From Piedraia hortae CBS 480.64 (lineage: Eukaryota): a DNA stretch of 64,000 nt. The position numbers and the translations under genes were made by a program. Position 1 is the first letter of the stretch; every line of letters begins with the position of its first letter. The stretch covers positions 186,636-250,635 of the forward strand of contig MU005960.1 in assembly GCA_010093745.1 (NCBI GenBank), in the 5' to 3' direction. The notes under the pieces were generated by a model. That model ran no database searches. It saw nothing but the letters and a program-made list of their open reading frames with translations, and was not told the origin of the DNA. Of this stretch, positions 46,071-57,304 are shown in pieces.

Positions 46071-46363
46071 AATTAGAACTGCCAACAACGGGATTTGTAG
46101 GCAATACATTCTTTTCCAGTAGGGATACCTCGGCCCCTGAAATTGTTTGATGCGCGGTATTCATTGGTGGAGATGTCCCTACTTTTTGTATAGGATTGAT
46201 TATGATACCTACTCGATGTGGAACGCGTGCTGCGCGCTAATCGCCAAGCAGTGTTGCTAGCGACTGGCCGACCTTGGCAACGGCGCTACGTAACGCACTT
46301 TCTTGATACCTCGCACCTTGACATGCAGACTTTTCTGTTTTCTGTTGCAGCGCAGTAATAGAC

Positions 46364-47989
46364 ATGGCGGACAACCAACCGTGGGACGAGCGCTACGTGT
46401 GTAAGGCAAGAACACGGTACCAGAACGGCAACTACCTCAATGCTATCATGCGACTCAGCAGGGGCTTGAATCGCGGGGCTACTGTTCGCCTCCTTGATAC
46501 CCGGGCTGCTTGCTTTGAAGCATTGGGAAACTATAGCGCCGCATTCTACGATGCAGACGCGGCAATTGACCTGGACCCTCGGGACAGCACCGGCTACCTA
46601 CGCGCTGCTCAAGTGGCCATGAAGATGGGCAACTATGAGGAAGCCTGTGCAGTGGTTGAGGAGGGTATCCCTGAGGTTAGAGACAAAGGCATCGATCAGC
46701 TGATGCGTGCGGAGACTGAACTCAAACGGTACATTGAGGCGAATAGCAAACAGGACATTCTCGATAAGTTGCCTCTTGAAATGGTGGTCAAGATTTTCTG
46801 GCATATGGAGTTCATAGAGCGCATGAAGTTTCGCGGCGTGTGCAAGTCCTGGCAGCGCATCATCGACACGACGCCCTCACTTTGGAGCGATCCTGATTTT
46901 TCCAACACAAGGGGATTTATGAAATCTTCAACGTTACAGCGCGCAATCAACCTAGCTGGTTCCCGAGTCATATCGGTCAAGGTTGGGCCCATGTTCGATC
47001 CGGACAATATGCTCGCAACTCTAACAAAGCTTCCCAGCCTACGAGCATTGATCATACCAAACTGGAGCGGGTCTTACTTTGGCATGTTGGACAGCATTAC
47101 ATGGGCAAGCAACCTAGCGCACCTCGAAATCTCACCATCTTTGCAACTCACCACCGAAACAATCAACACTCTTTTCAACATTATGCCGAGCCTGCAAAGC
47201 TTCTCAGGCAGCTTCGACCACAGCTACATAGTGTACAACCCTGCATTCGAATTCCCCCCTCCAAGGCTAACTCGCCTGGCGCTATACGGGGGTAGCAGCG
47301 TCTCCTGGGAGGGGTTCCTCAAGAACCTCCACCGACTTCGGACTCTTGAAGACCTGACCCTCTGCAACAGAAATCTGTCAAATATCCAAAGCAGACTTCC
47401 ACGCACCATCGATCTCACCGTCTTCTGGCAGCTGAAAAAGGTTGAGTTATTGGACATGGTCTGCAGCCCGAACCAACTGGTTCTACCGCCCATGATCCGT
47501 GATTTGAAACTGAAATTTTGTGGCTCTGTCAATGGATACGGCACCTACGATGGAAGCAGAGCTCTAAACATCTTCCTGCCACATCTCGAACGTCTCACCG
47601 TAGAAACTAGCGATACCATTTTCGCTAATGCTATGGAGATTCTGGGGCCTGACTACACCAGCAGCTGGGCAAACTTCAAGTCTTTCTCCCTAGTCACCGG
47701 CGCCTGCAATGTCGAGAGCGTTTTTTTGCACCCGCAGTTGGCGTCGTTGGAGGATGTGCGTCTCATCACCAAGGTCGGCGTCATCGACGAGGATGTTGAA
47801 AAATTGGTCTCTCTGTTGCCGAACTTGGTCAAGGCCGATCTCTCATTCTCGAAGATCACCGGGAGAGGGATCCGCGCGCTCACTAGATCGGGGACGGTGT
47901 CACACATCGTTATCAAGGGATGTTACGACTTGACGGAGATAGACCATTTCGATGCCCTGAAGACGGGACATGTGGACATTACTTGGTGA
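46364..47989 (+). CDS. TPR / F-box / LRR protein (Dia2/Pof3-like SCF substrate receptor)
   Basis: N-terminal TPRs (LLDTRAACFEALG...GYLRAAQV), F-box DILDKLPLEMVVKIF...VCKSWQRI, and C-terminal LRRs. Confidence 0.88.
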   Translation: MADNQPWDERYVCKARTRYQNGNYLNAIMRLSRGLNRGATVRLLDTRAACFEALGNYSAAFYDADAAIDLDPRDSTGYLRAAQVAMKMGNYEEACAVVEEGIPEVRDKGIDQLMRAETELKRYIEANSKQDILDKLPLEMVVKIFWHMEFIERMKFRGVCKSWQRIIDTTPSLWSDPDFSNTRGFMKSSTLQRAINLAGSRVISVKVGPMFDPDNMLATLTKLPSLRALIIPNWSGSYFGMLDSITWASNLAHLEISPSLQLTTETINTLFNIMPSLQSFSGSFDHSYIVYNPAFEFPPPRLTRLALYGGSSVSWEGFLKNLHRLRTLEDLTLCNRNLSNIQSRLPRTIDLTVFWQLKKVELLDMVCSPNQLVLPPMIRDLKLKFCGSVNGYGTYDGSRALNIFLPHLERLTVETSDTIFANAMEILGPDYTSSWANFKSFSLVTGACNVESVFLHPQLASLEDVRLITKVGVIDEDVEKLVSLLPNLVKADLSFSKITGRGIRALTRSGTVSHIVIKGCYDLTEIDHFDALKTGHVDITW

Positions 47990-48444
47990 ATGGTCGAACG
48001 TTTTTGCATGTGTAGCTTTCATAGTTTTCATAGTGATCACACGCAAGCCCTGATCACGCAAAAATCTAGTTTATTTCTCTACCTAGATTTGTGCAAGCTT
48101 TAGAATTTGTATGCCAAATTGGCTCAGAGATTGAAACTACCTTCTCATTTCTAAACATATTCATGCTATCTGGTGATCATCACGGTCTGCCAAAGTGTGT
48201 ATTCTGGAAACAAAACGCAATGGAAAGAAATAGACCAACAACGAGGTCCACCTGTACATTAAAGCAGAGCAAGATAAAGTTAGTGAGGCACACTTCAGCA
48301 TGCTATTGTGGCCCTGACAAAGTGACATAGAGCCTTATCCTTTGAAGGTGAGAGCAAATGACCATCTGATAAAGCGATAAATGTCATGCATGCATCGGCC
48401 ATCACCGAACGATCTACTCAAGCAGTGTGTGAAATACACCTATA

Positions 48445-50238
48445 CTACCGAGGCCGAATCAGCCTGACAGTGGGTCGCTGTATCCTTTCCACAAGCGCCG
48501 CCAAACGGGCACGTTCCCTCTGCTTCCATAAGATCATCTCTTCAACAATAACCTTGTCCGCATCTTGAATCTGCTGCGGCGTTATAACTCCCAGCATATC
48601 CTCCAAAGTAGCCCTTTTCAATACGATATCTTCCAGCCGATCCTGTCCCTCGTGCAATTCGCGCAGTTTGTCGAACACTGCACGATCAACGTCCAAGTCT
48701 TGGCGATGTTTGGCCTGCGGCGTCAAGGTGCGACGAGAAGCAGAAATCAACTTGTCCCACTCGCCAAAGAGATCAGTCGTTTGCCTAGCGATTTTGGCAA
48801 CTGTGGCGGCTTTGATCTTTTCGGGGGTCGTGCTTTGCCAATACGTGGCTAGTGCTTCGCGGCCGCGCACGGCACGGTGAATGTCGATGATTCGCGCGAG
48901 AATCGCGATGGAGTCATGAATTTGGTGCCGCTCTTTGTTTAGGCGAAGCTTGTTGGCTCCTGATGTGGAAGGGCTCCTATCTTGGCTAGTTTCAATCTTT
49001 CGGGTTAATTGGTCTCTGAGTTGGATGAATGGACGCTCGTTGGCAACCCAGGAGAAGATATCGGCTGCTGCAATGGGGCTCGGAAGAGTCATATGCTGAT
49101 ATCGCGTGAGTTGCCGCGACCAATGTGCGGCGCTAGAAAGTTCCTTGGAAATGTTGGAAAGCATTTGCGCTTTGACTTTGATCCGATTGGCTGCTGGATG
49201 TTCTTCCACGCCAAGCGCGGCGTCTTCGAGGGGCTGCAGCTGGCCGACAAGATCGGGATACCGCTGAGAGAAGGATGGAGGAAGCTTCTGCACTAAAGAT
49301 GGACTTGTTGATATACTGGAGGTTCTTGTCTCAACTAACAGCTCCAACGACGCCACGAGGGATTTGATCCCTCTTTTCAAGTCTGCAAAGAGTAGACGAT
49401 AGGTATTGTAGGATATGTGATGTCCAAAACCTGTGTCCTTTTCCGCGCGAATGGCGTTAATCTCCTCGACGTGTTCCTTCTCCATTCGACTCTTCAATTC
49501 AGCCAATTCAGCCTTCCTCTTGAGCTCCAACTCCTGCACTTTGGTGTCCATCGCAACAGTAAACTGTTGTTTTAATGAACTCATTTGTTCTTCGAGAGAC
49601 GAACGGAGATTCATCAGAGCTTGGCTGTGCTTTGCTTTGAGGTCCCTTTCCCATGAATTCCATTGCTTTGCCACAAACGCAATGTCGCCTGCCAGATGAG
49701 GCAGTTCTGTCAGAATCTCGCCATTGGTACTCTCATAGTCATGATGAAGATCATCCAGTCTAGCCTTAAGAAGCTTCACTTCTCCAACTAGGCTGCCCAA
49801 GCGTTCATGGAGGCCGCCATTCTCCCTCAATGTTGCTTCTTTAGCCCTTTTAGCCTCTTCGATTTGAGTACGGAGCGCTTGAATTTGCTTTTCATGTGCT
49901 TCCCGCTCTGTTTTAGTCTTCAAAAGCTCCGCTTGCCTTGCATCTTTTTCTTCCTCAAGCTGCGCTTGCAACTTGTTGAATTGAGCATTCAAGGATGGCG
50001 GAGCAGCGAGGGACGAGTTGATATTGTCCACCAGAGTACCCTGTCGCATTCCAGATCGCGTATCAGTAGGCTTGATGGGAGGCCTGACTGCGCGTAATGC
50101 ATAGCCGCGATGTTGCTGCAATGGCAATGTACTAACGCTGCGGTTTTTTTGGGGAATTATGACCCTATCCGGTCCCACGCATTGGCAGGCTCCACAGTTT
50201 ACAGGACGTGTTTTAGCCTTTGGGAGGAGCAAGACCAT
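48445..50238 (-). CDS. Long coiled-coil protein of unknown function
   Basis: 597-aa ORF with an E/K/Q/L heptad-rich middle. The basic, acid-poor N-terminus may be a mitochondrial presequence. Confidence 0.75.
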   Translation of the reverse strand: MVLLLPKAKTRPVNCGACQCVGPDRVIIPQKNRSVSTLPLQQHRGYALRAVRPPIKPTDTRSGMRQGTLVDNINSSLAAPPSLNAQFNKLQAQLEEEKDARQAELLKTKTEREAHEKQIQALRTQIEEAKRAKEATLRENGGLHERLGSLVGEVKLLKARLDDLHHDYESTNGEILTELPHLAGDIAFVAKQWNSWERDLKAKHSQALMNLRSSLEEQMSSLKQQFTVAMDTKVQELELKRKAELAELKSRMEKEHVEEINAIRAEKDTGFGHHISYNTYRLLFADLKRGIKSLVASLELLVETRTSSISTSPSLVQKLPPSFSQRYPDLVGQLQPLEDAALGVEEHPAANRIKVKAQMLSNISKELSSAAHWSRQLTRYQHMTLPSPIAAADIFSWVANERPFIQLRDQLTRKIETSQDRSPSTSGANKLRLNKERHQIHDSIAILARIIDIHRAVRGREALATYWQSTTPEKIKAATVAKIARQTTDLFGEWDKLISASRRTLTPQAKHRQDLDVDRAVFDKLRELHEGQDRLEDIVLKRATLEDMLGVITPQQIQDADKVIVEEMILWKQRERARLAALVERIQRPTVRLIRPR

Positions 50239-51685
50239 GAATCTTCACCTATCGGCGTGACGATGATGCCGTGGCGGAGGCGGGAGGGCCGTCCCGCTCC
50301 AGCCCAAACAAACGACGAACTCGCCAGGCGGCGATCAGCTTTTTTTTTTTTTTCTTTCATTTTTCTCACGTTTCGGCTAATCTCGTTTAGATTGACAAAA
50401 GGGCGTGCATTCAAAGAACCATGTATACGATCCCGGAGCATTTCCTGCAGCTCGACTGCGCAATACGGATGATCCCCGCCTCAAAGTGGCAACAGGTGAC
50501 ACAAATTACGGGTTCGTCATGCAGAGATTTTTCGAGCACCAACCCCGGCTTTGGTACTCATCTGCATTCGGCATCAAGGTGCCTACCGGAGATTAAAACA
50601 GTGGACTCAAGGGCGTCTGAGGAGCTGGGATCTAACCCGGGGCGCATATTCCTCAAAGCATTCGCCACTGTCGGGATGTTAGCCAGCCACCGCATAAGTT
50701 GGGCTAGCGCCTTGACAAGGTCTGGGGTAGGATCGCGACTGTTCAGAAACGGTTCGGGGGAAGGGGATGAGGGGCTCAGCTGATTTGCGGGGTTTTCCCG
50801 TGGCCACGCGGGCTGCCGCTGTCGCAGCATACTCCAACCAGCCACCGCTATCAACGGCTCAGCGCGACGCCGTGTCGTCATCCCGTAGCCGGTTCAAGCC
50901 ACAAACATAACTTCACATGCAATATCACGTGGAGAAATGTGGAGCAGCCAAAGCGAGGCAGAGCCACGGGGGAGGCGTAGCGAGGCTTGGCCCTATGCAC
51001 GCACATCGGGGCGCAGCGGTTGTAACACATTCAGCGGTCTCACCCCGCCACCGCCGCCGCCACAGTCTGGCTAAGCCCTGCAGAGGGCGGGTAGAAGAAC
51101 GTCAAGGGAACCAACGTAATGGCAGGTCAACGGGGAGGATTTTACGAGGCTGTAGCGGCGTCTCTTTAGTTCATCTGCCCAACCTGTAGTGGTGGTCCAA
51201 GAGCAACCGCGTTCGTGTGGGGGAGGGCTGCTTCGGGCTACGCCGTGGCGTGCTGCCGGGCTGATTGGACACTTGCTTCCCCAGGCGCTAGCTGCGCTAG
51301 TGGTTTCTGCCGGCCCACGCCGCCGCGCTTCGCTTGCCCCGACACTTGTGCGTAGCCGTCAGTCTCCGAGAGGACTCTGGCAACGGTTGATTGTCCGCAG
51401 CGCTCTTCCCTGGTTCCCTGGCCCTGGCTTTGCGGCCCTGACTCCGGCCCGCACCGCCCCCACCACTTTCGTCATCGCCTTACCGCCCCGCCGCCGCCGC
51501 CACCAGCCCAGCGCGCCACAGTCGGGCAATGCGCGGCTGCCCAGGACGCATCTTCGTTTGCCTCGTCTTCGATCCCACACAAGTTCGCTTTCCCTCCCAC
51601 CGGTGCGAGTGATGGTGGCGCTGACTGCGGCCGTTCAGACTCTCTCTCGACGGCAATCCGCCGGTCCAATGCCCCGATAGCCCCT

Positions 51686-53644
51686 ATGGCTGCGACAACC
51701 CGAGCAACCTCGCCGTGCGGCGATCTTTTCGCTCAGCCCGCCGGTGTACCCGCCGTCTCAGCGCCCGAAGCTATGTTGCGCTCACAACCGCGCACTCTGA
51801 CCTCCATGGCCATGTCCCCGAAGTCCACCAAGGCCGGCGCCTCGCCCCGCTTGACATCCTCGCCCCTTACTGGAGCCGCCGCTGTTGCCAGTCTGAAGAG
51901 GCGTAGGGAAGACTCGCAGAACCAGCAGGATGACTCGGCACGCTCGACCAGCCCAAACCCGGCCGTTACGGCTGTTCGCGCGCTCATGGACAACAGCACG
52001 AGCAACGCCAGTGGTAGAAACAAGCTGTCGGAGCCTCTTCGGAAAGCCGCTCAACGCATCCACATTCCGGAGCCTGGCATGTCGCTAGGTGATACACTGC
52101 AGGGTGAGTCGTTGCAGGCCAGTCCTACTAGCTTGGCCAGCTTCGGCACTCCAGAAAGCGTGTCCCACAACCCCAGGATGACCGCCACCGCTGGACCCAC
52201 AGCCACATCTGTGGGACCTCTGCCGAGTCTGTCGTTTGTTGCGGAGCCGGCAGATCTAGCTGGCCCTGGGCGTTCGGGGGCTCAGCATGAGAAGTCAGGC
52301 GATCAAGCAGCGGAAGCAGCAAAAGCGCAGACGTATCCAGGCCCCGTTTCGCCGCAGCCTGCGCCAGCGACTGCCCCGAGCTTGGCGGGGTCTTCGCGCG
52401 GGATGAGTTTCCCCGGCATCGCAACCAACTCACGCGCGCCTGCGCCACCCAAGAAGCACAAGTGTCCCAGCTGCAACACCGAATTCACGCGTCAGCATAA
52501 CCTCAAGAGCCACCTTTTAACCCACAGCGAAGAAAAGCCGTTTGACTGTGACCAATGTACTGCTCGCTTTCGCCGGTTACACGATCTTAAACGGCACAGT
52601 AAGCTTCATACGGGCGAAAGACCTCACCAATGCGATAAATGTTGTCGCACCTTTGCCCGCGGCGATGCCCTCGCTCGCCACAACAAAGGCGCTGGTGGCT
52701 GTGCCGGGCGAAGGTCTGGGGTGGGTGGTATCGATGAAGACGACGAGGACAAGTATGTGAACGGCGGTCAAGGACCTTCAATGCCGGTGACCGACCAGCG
52801 TCGGGGTAGTGAGCCCAGCCGCAAGCGCATCCACCTTGACCCGTCACAGTCCACTGCGCGGCAGATGAACTACCGACAGGCATCGGGCACCTACCCGCCC
52901 ATCGGTCCTTTGATGGAGCGGGCGCAGGCTGCGGGAACTATGGGACCACCACAGGCGCCGGCAGGTCCCAGTACATCGCCCCGAGGTCCTCCCAACCACA
53001 GTAGCCCGCTAAATCCACCTTCATATGCCCCCTATACATCATATGCACCGGCACCTGCCTTGAGCGGGCACCCAGCCGGCAGCATGATCACTGATTCGCC
53101 CAAGACTCTCTCTCCCGGCCCACCCGAGCATCGCATGATTGCGGACTGCGGAGTCAGTCGACGGTTCCGAAATCAATCACCAAGCATTTCGTCACAACTG
53201 TCCAACCCAGTTTTCAACCGACCCGTGGAAGGCCCACCGGCATCTCACCTCAGGCCGCATGCACACATGCACCAACATGTGCCTACACTCCCACCTATCG
53301 GGTCAACTCAGTCCCGAGCGCCACGGACAGCCCTACAGCCCTCTGTCGGACCAAATTCCATCGGCCCCGTTGCAAGTATACCCCCGCAGCCATCTATACA
53401 ACTCCATCCTGCGGGGCCAGCCCCGCAAATGGGCAGCATATCTACCCACGGCCGGCCCTCGGGCAGCAGTCTCCGAGAATTGGTACCCACAGATGCGGCG
53501 GAACTCTGGCGACAAATGGAAAGCAGAATGGAGCGTATACGAGAAGAATGTGATCAGAAAATTGATAAGATAGCGGCTGAGCTAACGGCGCTTAAACAGC
53601 AGCTCGCGCAGCCGTCGTATAGTGGCGAGATGAATCGATACTAG
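51686..53644 (+). CDS. C2H2 zinc-finger transcription factor with C-terminal coiled coil
   Basis: HKCPSCNTEFTRQHNLKSHLLTH-SEEKP-FDCDQC...KRHSKLH-TGERP-HQCDKC...ARH. Confidence 0.92.
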   Translation: MAATTRATSPCGDLFAQPAGVPAVSAPEAMLRSQPRTLTSMAMSPKSTKAGASPRLTSSPLTGAAAVASLKRRREDSQNQQDDSARSTSPNPAVTAVRALMDNSTSNASGRNKLSEPLRKAAQRIHIPEPGMSLGDTLQGESLQASPTSLASFGTPESVSHNPRMTATAGPTATSVGPLPSLSFVAEPADLAGPGRSGAQHEKSGDQAAEAAKAQTYPGPVSPQPAPATAPSLAGSSRGMSFPGIATNSRAPAPPKKHKCPSCNTEFTRQHNLKSHLLTHSEEKPFDCDQCTARFRRLHDLKRHSKLHTGERPHQCDKCCRTFARGDALARHNKGAGGCAGRRSGVGGIDEDDEDKYVNGGQGPSMPVTDQRRGSEPSRKRIHLDPSQSTARQMNYRQASGTYPPIGPLMERAQAAGTMGPPQAPAGPSTSPRGPPNHSSPLNPPSYAPYTSYAPAPALSGHPAGSMITDSPKTLSPGPPEHRMIADCGVSRRFRNQSPSISSQLSNPVFNRPVEGPPASHLRPHAHMHQHVPTLPPIGSTQSRAPRTALQPSVGPNSIGPVASIPPQPSIQLHPAGPAPQMGSISTHGRPSGSSLRELVPTDAAELWRQMESRMERIREECDQKIDKIAAELTALKQQLAQPSYSGEMNRY

Positions 53645-54841
53645 ATTCGTAGCTCGAAGAATGAGGTTGGGAGTTGTGAGTAACTGTTGTTTTATCCTTC
53701 AATTCTTCAGCTGGTTGGGGGTTATGTTTTTTTTTTCTTTTACTTCCTCGGAGAGGGTGGGGAAGCCGATCGTGTATATTAGCTCAAAATGGGAAGCGAT
53801 CTGCTGTTTATCTTTTCCTTTCTCCATGATGTGGGTTGTAGACTGTAGTGGGAGTTTGGGTGGAAAACGTATGGCAGTAACGGACTCAGGTTGGATAACG
53901 TCCTGTTCTACACATAATGGCATTTGTCCACTACAGCCATGAAAGGAAGAGAGGAAATCCAGGAAAATTGCGATCCAACTGTGTTCCTCTGGAAGGACTC
54001 CTTGCATGTGAAAGGTGGATTTGGGAAATGCGCAGAAGAGTGATATTCCATTTTCCATCCTATGTATCCTTTGATGCTGTAGTGGGTATACATCAGGGCG
54101 AGATAGATCTTTGGACATCTGCAAAGTACCACCGACGAGGGAATTGAATGGTCATACCTGCGCTAATAGCATCCTGCCTTACAAAGGAAGCGTTGATGTC
54201 TTTAGGACGAGAATCATTCCCTATGTGTGATAGTAATTTTACATTCTAACCTCTACTTGGCTGGAGGATTTATGAACCAGCATCATTTTCCCTTCTCCAC
54301 GGACATTACATAGAGAGGCGAAGAACCTACTCAGCAACGTCCACATCTTTCCAATTGCTTATACAGATCTGCTCCCGTCAAACAATCAATCGATGACGAA
54401 CAGCATAAAAAACCATGTAGAGTGTCATACCTCTGCACGCAGCAAATGGTGAGACACTTTTCGTGACCGAGGGTCCAGACTCTAAAAACACATGCGGCGC
54501 TAAACGCTCGTGGCGGTACAAGTCATGCTGGCCGACCCCGTGGACGCTAGTGGAAAGTCCCACGTTCGGACTTTGTCCGCGGGCGGTGGCGTTTTCCTTC
54601 GAGGAATCCGTCGCCTGCAGAGGCGGGGAAAGATCCGCAGATAACATCGAGGTCAGATTGTGGTGTTCTGGCTTTTTCATCGGGTCATGAGGTATTTTCA
54701 TGGCACTTTATCCGCCAACCTTCTTTTTCCCTTCGATAGACAATTCGTGGAGCCGTGTCTTGGCAGGGTCCAAACTTCCCGGGCCGTTTCCGTTTCTTAC
54801 ATCATCATCACATCACCGCAAGAAAAGATATTTGTGCTGGC

Positions 54842-55464
54842 ATGCGCTCCTCTCCGTTGGCGACGTCCCTGATTATAGGGTGTATGAGACCTTTTTTGTA
54901 TTTATTCTTCAGGGCTAACTAGGCATAGCAACATGTTTCTTCCTCGGAATCCTCTTCGCAATGTTCCCGTACGACTACCCTGTTCTTTGGACCACGCCCG
55001 AGGCTACGGTCGGTGGACGTGAGCCGTACTTTGCGCAGCAGGAGAACCACCTCAAAGTGCTGCATGCGAGTCCGCCGCTGATCCCGCGCATTCTGCACAT
55101 TGTCGTTGGCACCGGCCTGCTCGGTTTCGTGCTAAAACTTTACAAGCCCAACGAGGCAAACATGCTCTTCGACGGCGCAAGCCTCGTGCTCTACATGTGC
55201 GGTACCACGGTATATATTACTAACATTGTACGCGGCCTGCGGACCGTCACTGAGGGCAAGTACGGGGAGGATGTCGGCGAGGGTTACATTGGGCGCGAGG
55301 ATAGTCTGCGTGTCGTCGCGGCTAGTAATGCTATTTTGGCCTTGGTGCTTTTGGGTGTTTTGGTCCTGCAGCTGGGACAGTGGTATGCGCAGCGAAAGGA
55401 GGACCAGGAAATGGCCGAAATGGATCGGCAGGATCAGCTTAAGAAGTCGAAGAAGAAAGCATGA
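54842..55464 (+). CDS. SHR3: ER membrane chaperone for amino-acid permeases; exons 54842-54881, 54929-55464
   Basis: LIIGSTCFFLGILFAMFPYDYPVLW, KLYKPNEANMLFDGASLVLY, AASNAILALVLLGVLVLQLGQWYA. Confidence 0.93.
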
Positions 55465-55487
55465 TTAGTGTTTATGATTACCGTTTG

Positions 55488-55869
55488 TTACTCCTTCAAT
55501 CCTCCGGGAATGAGCTGATACTGTTAGTGTGTGGCTTTATGCTGTAGCATTGTCTCACCATGCACACGTTGTTGCCGTTTAGAAGGATTTTGGACAATTT
55601 GTTCTGCGTACCGGCTGACAGGTCGCTGAAACGATCAGTGTATGAGCAGTCCGAGAGTAAGATTCAACTAACTATTCGGTCACGTCTTCGAGAACCATGT
55701 TTACGAAATCGTCGAATCCCAGAAGCGTTCCGCGGAACTCTGCAAAGCGTCAGCTTTCGATATAAATCCCCGGCCCCAGATACCCACCTTTGTCGCTCTT
55801 CATGATAATGGAAATAGGAGAGCCAATACAACGATCGATGAGCTCCAGAGGGAGTATTTGCGATGCCAT
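55488..55869 (-). CDS. LSM5: Sm-like protein Lsm5; exons 55869-55788, 55739-55673, 55625-55559, 55514-55488
   Basis: Spliced [51 protein letters not shown]...KILLNGNNVCMLIPGG. Confidence 0.95.
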
Positions 55870-55962
55870 GATGGTGTAGAGTGACGCAATGTGTGATGGG
55901 AAACGGGTGTGGGGAGAGTAGTCGCACGGACCACGGGAAATATCTACAAATCGCACACACGA

Positions 55963-57078
55963 TCAACAGAAATGCATATTTTCCTTATTGAAAGCGTATA
56001 ACAGTTTCAAAAAGTCGGCTACATCACACATTCGTGCCCGCTTCTCTGCTAATTGCGTCTCTTCCAACACTTTCTGGACTTTTCTCCGAACCAATTCAGC
56101 CACTTTGCTCTTGATTTTGCGCTTAGTAGGCTCATTATTGGCTTTTGGCTGGAAGAAGTCTGGCTCGTCCTGGTCATCGTTGTCGAGATCCAAGTCCATC
56201 TCATCATCCTGCACGTCGTCCATCTCCACCTCCACATCTGCCGGCCCGTCTTCCATTGCAATGTCGTGTTGTGCGCAGTAGGTACGGTAGTTGGCCTCCA
56301 GCATGTCCATGACGCTGGTCGTACCCAGAAAAGCGCTCCTGAACACGCGGTTCTTGCGCACAAACGCCACCCGCAGCAGGCCGTCCCATTCCTCATAGCT
56401 GATATTCGGCCGTGGTCGCTTGGGAGTTACCCGCACAACGCTGGAGTCGACCTGCGGCGGAGGGTTGAAGTTCTTTCTACCGACCTTTAGGATGTGCTCA
56501 ACCTTGGCCCACATCTGGCAGTTCACGCTGAGACGCGAGTATAGCTTATCGCCCGGTCGCGCAATGAGTCGCATGGCAAACTCGCGCTGGAACATCAGCA
56601 CGCACATGCGCGGACTCGGCGACGTTGCCAACAGCTTGAATATGAGCGGGCTGGAAATCTGATACGGCGTATTGCTGATGCAGACGTCAAAGTACGGCAG
56701 AGGATCAAGCTTGATTACGTCCCCCAGAACCATCTCCAGCTTCTTGGCTGACGGAGTGCCCTGGACGCGCTTCGTCAGTTCGGCTGCCATGCGAGGATCG
56801 TGTTCGGCCGCAATCACGCGCTTCGCCTTTTCGAGGATTTTGATGGTCAGATTGCCCGTTCCGGGGCCGACTTCAAACACAATATCCGATTGCTTGATGT
56901 CTGCCTTGTCCACAATGGCCTGTGCAACTCCCGGGTTCTTCAGCATATGCTGGCCAAGGTCGGTGTTCATCTTGAAGACATTGTGGCCGATTTTCTGGCC
57001 CGCAGATTTGCGCGCCGCTGCCCCAGCATATGGATCTGATTTGGTAACTCCTTTGCTGATTTTGCGCGCCTTTGGCAT
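55963..57078 (-). CDS. DIM1: 18S rRNA dimethyladenosine transferase
   Basis: [37 protein letters not shown]. Start placed at MPKARK (57078). Confidence 0.96.
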   Translation of the reverse strand: MPKARKISKGVTKSDPYAGAAARKSAGQKIGHNVFKMNTDLGQHMLKNPGVAQAIVDKADIKQSDIVFEVGPGTGNLTIKILEKAKRVIAAEHDPRMAAELTKRVQGTPSAKKLEMVLGDVIKLDPLPYFDVCISNTPYQISSPLIFKLLATSPSPRMCVLMFQREFAMRLIARPGDKLYSRLSVNCQMWAKVEHILKVGRKNFNPPPQVDSSVVRVTPKRPRPNISYEEWDGLLRVAFVRKNRVFRSAFLGTTSVMDMLEANYRTYCAQHDIAMEDGPADVEVEMDDVQDDEMDLDLDNDDQDEPDFFQPKANNEPTKRKIKSKVAELVRRKVQKVLEETQLAEKRARMCDVADFLKLLYAFNKENMHFC

Positions 57079-57304
57079 TTGGTGTGAGTTGGTGGGGAAT
57101 TCCAGATCTTGGTGGGGAACAGGATTGAGGGTATTTTGCACCGGATAGATCCGGCGGGCATATCTCGGGTAGACCCGTCAATGACATGTATGGCTCCCAC
57201 TTTGACGCAAAACTCGATGAGGACAGCTATCACTTAACCTGACACACCGAGGATACCCCCTAGACTCGTCTCCGCGAGGATACAATGCTCAGCTTGCCAT
57301 AAAC

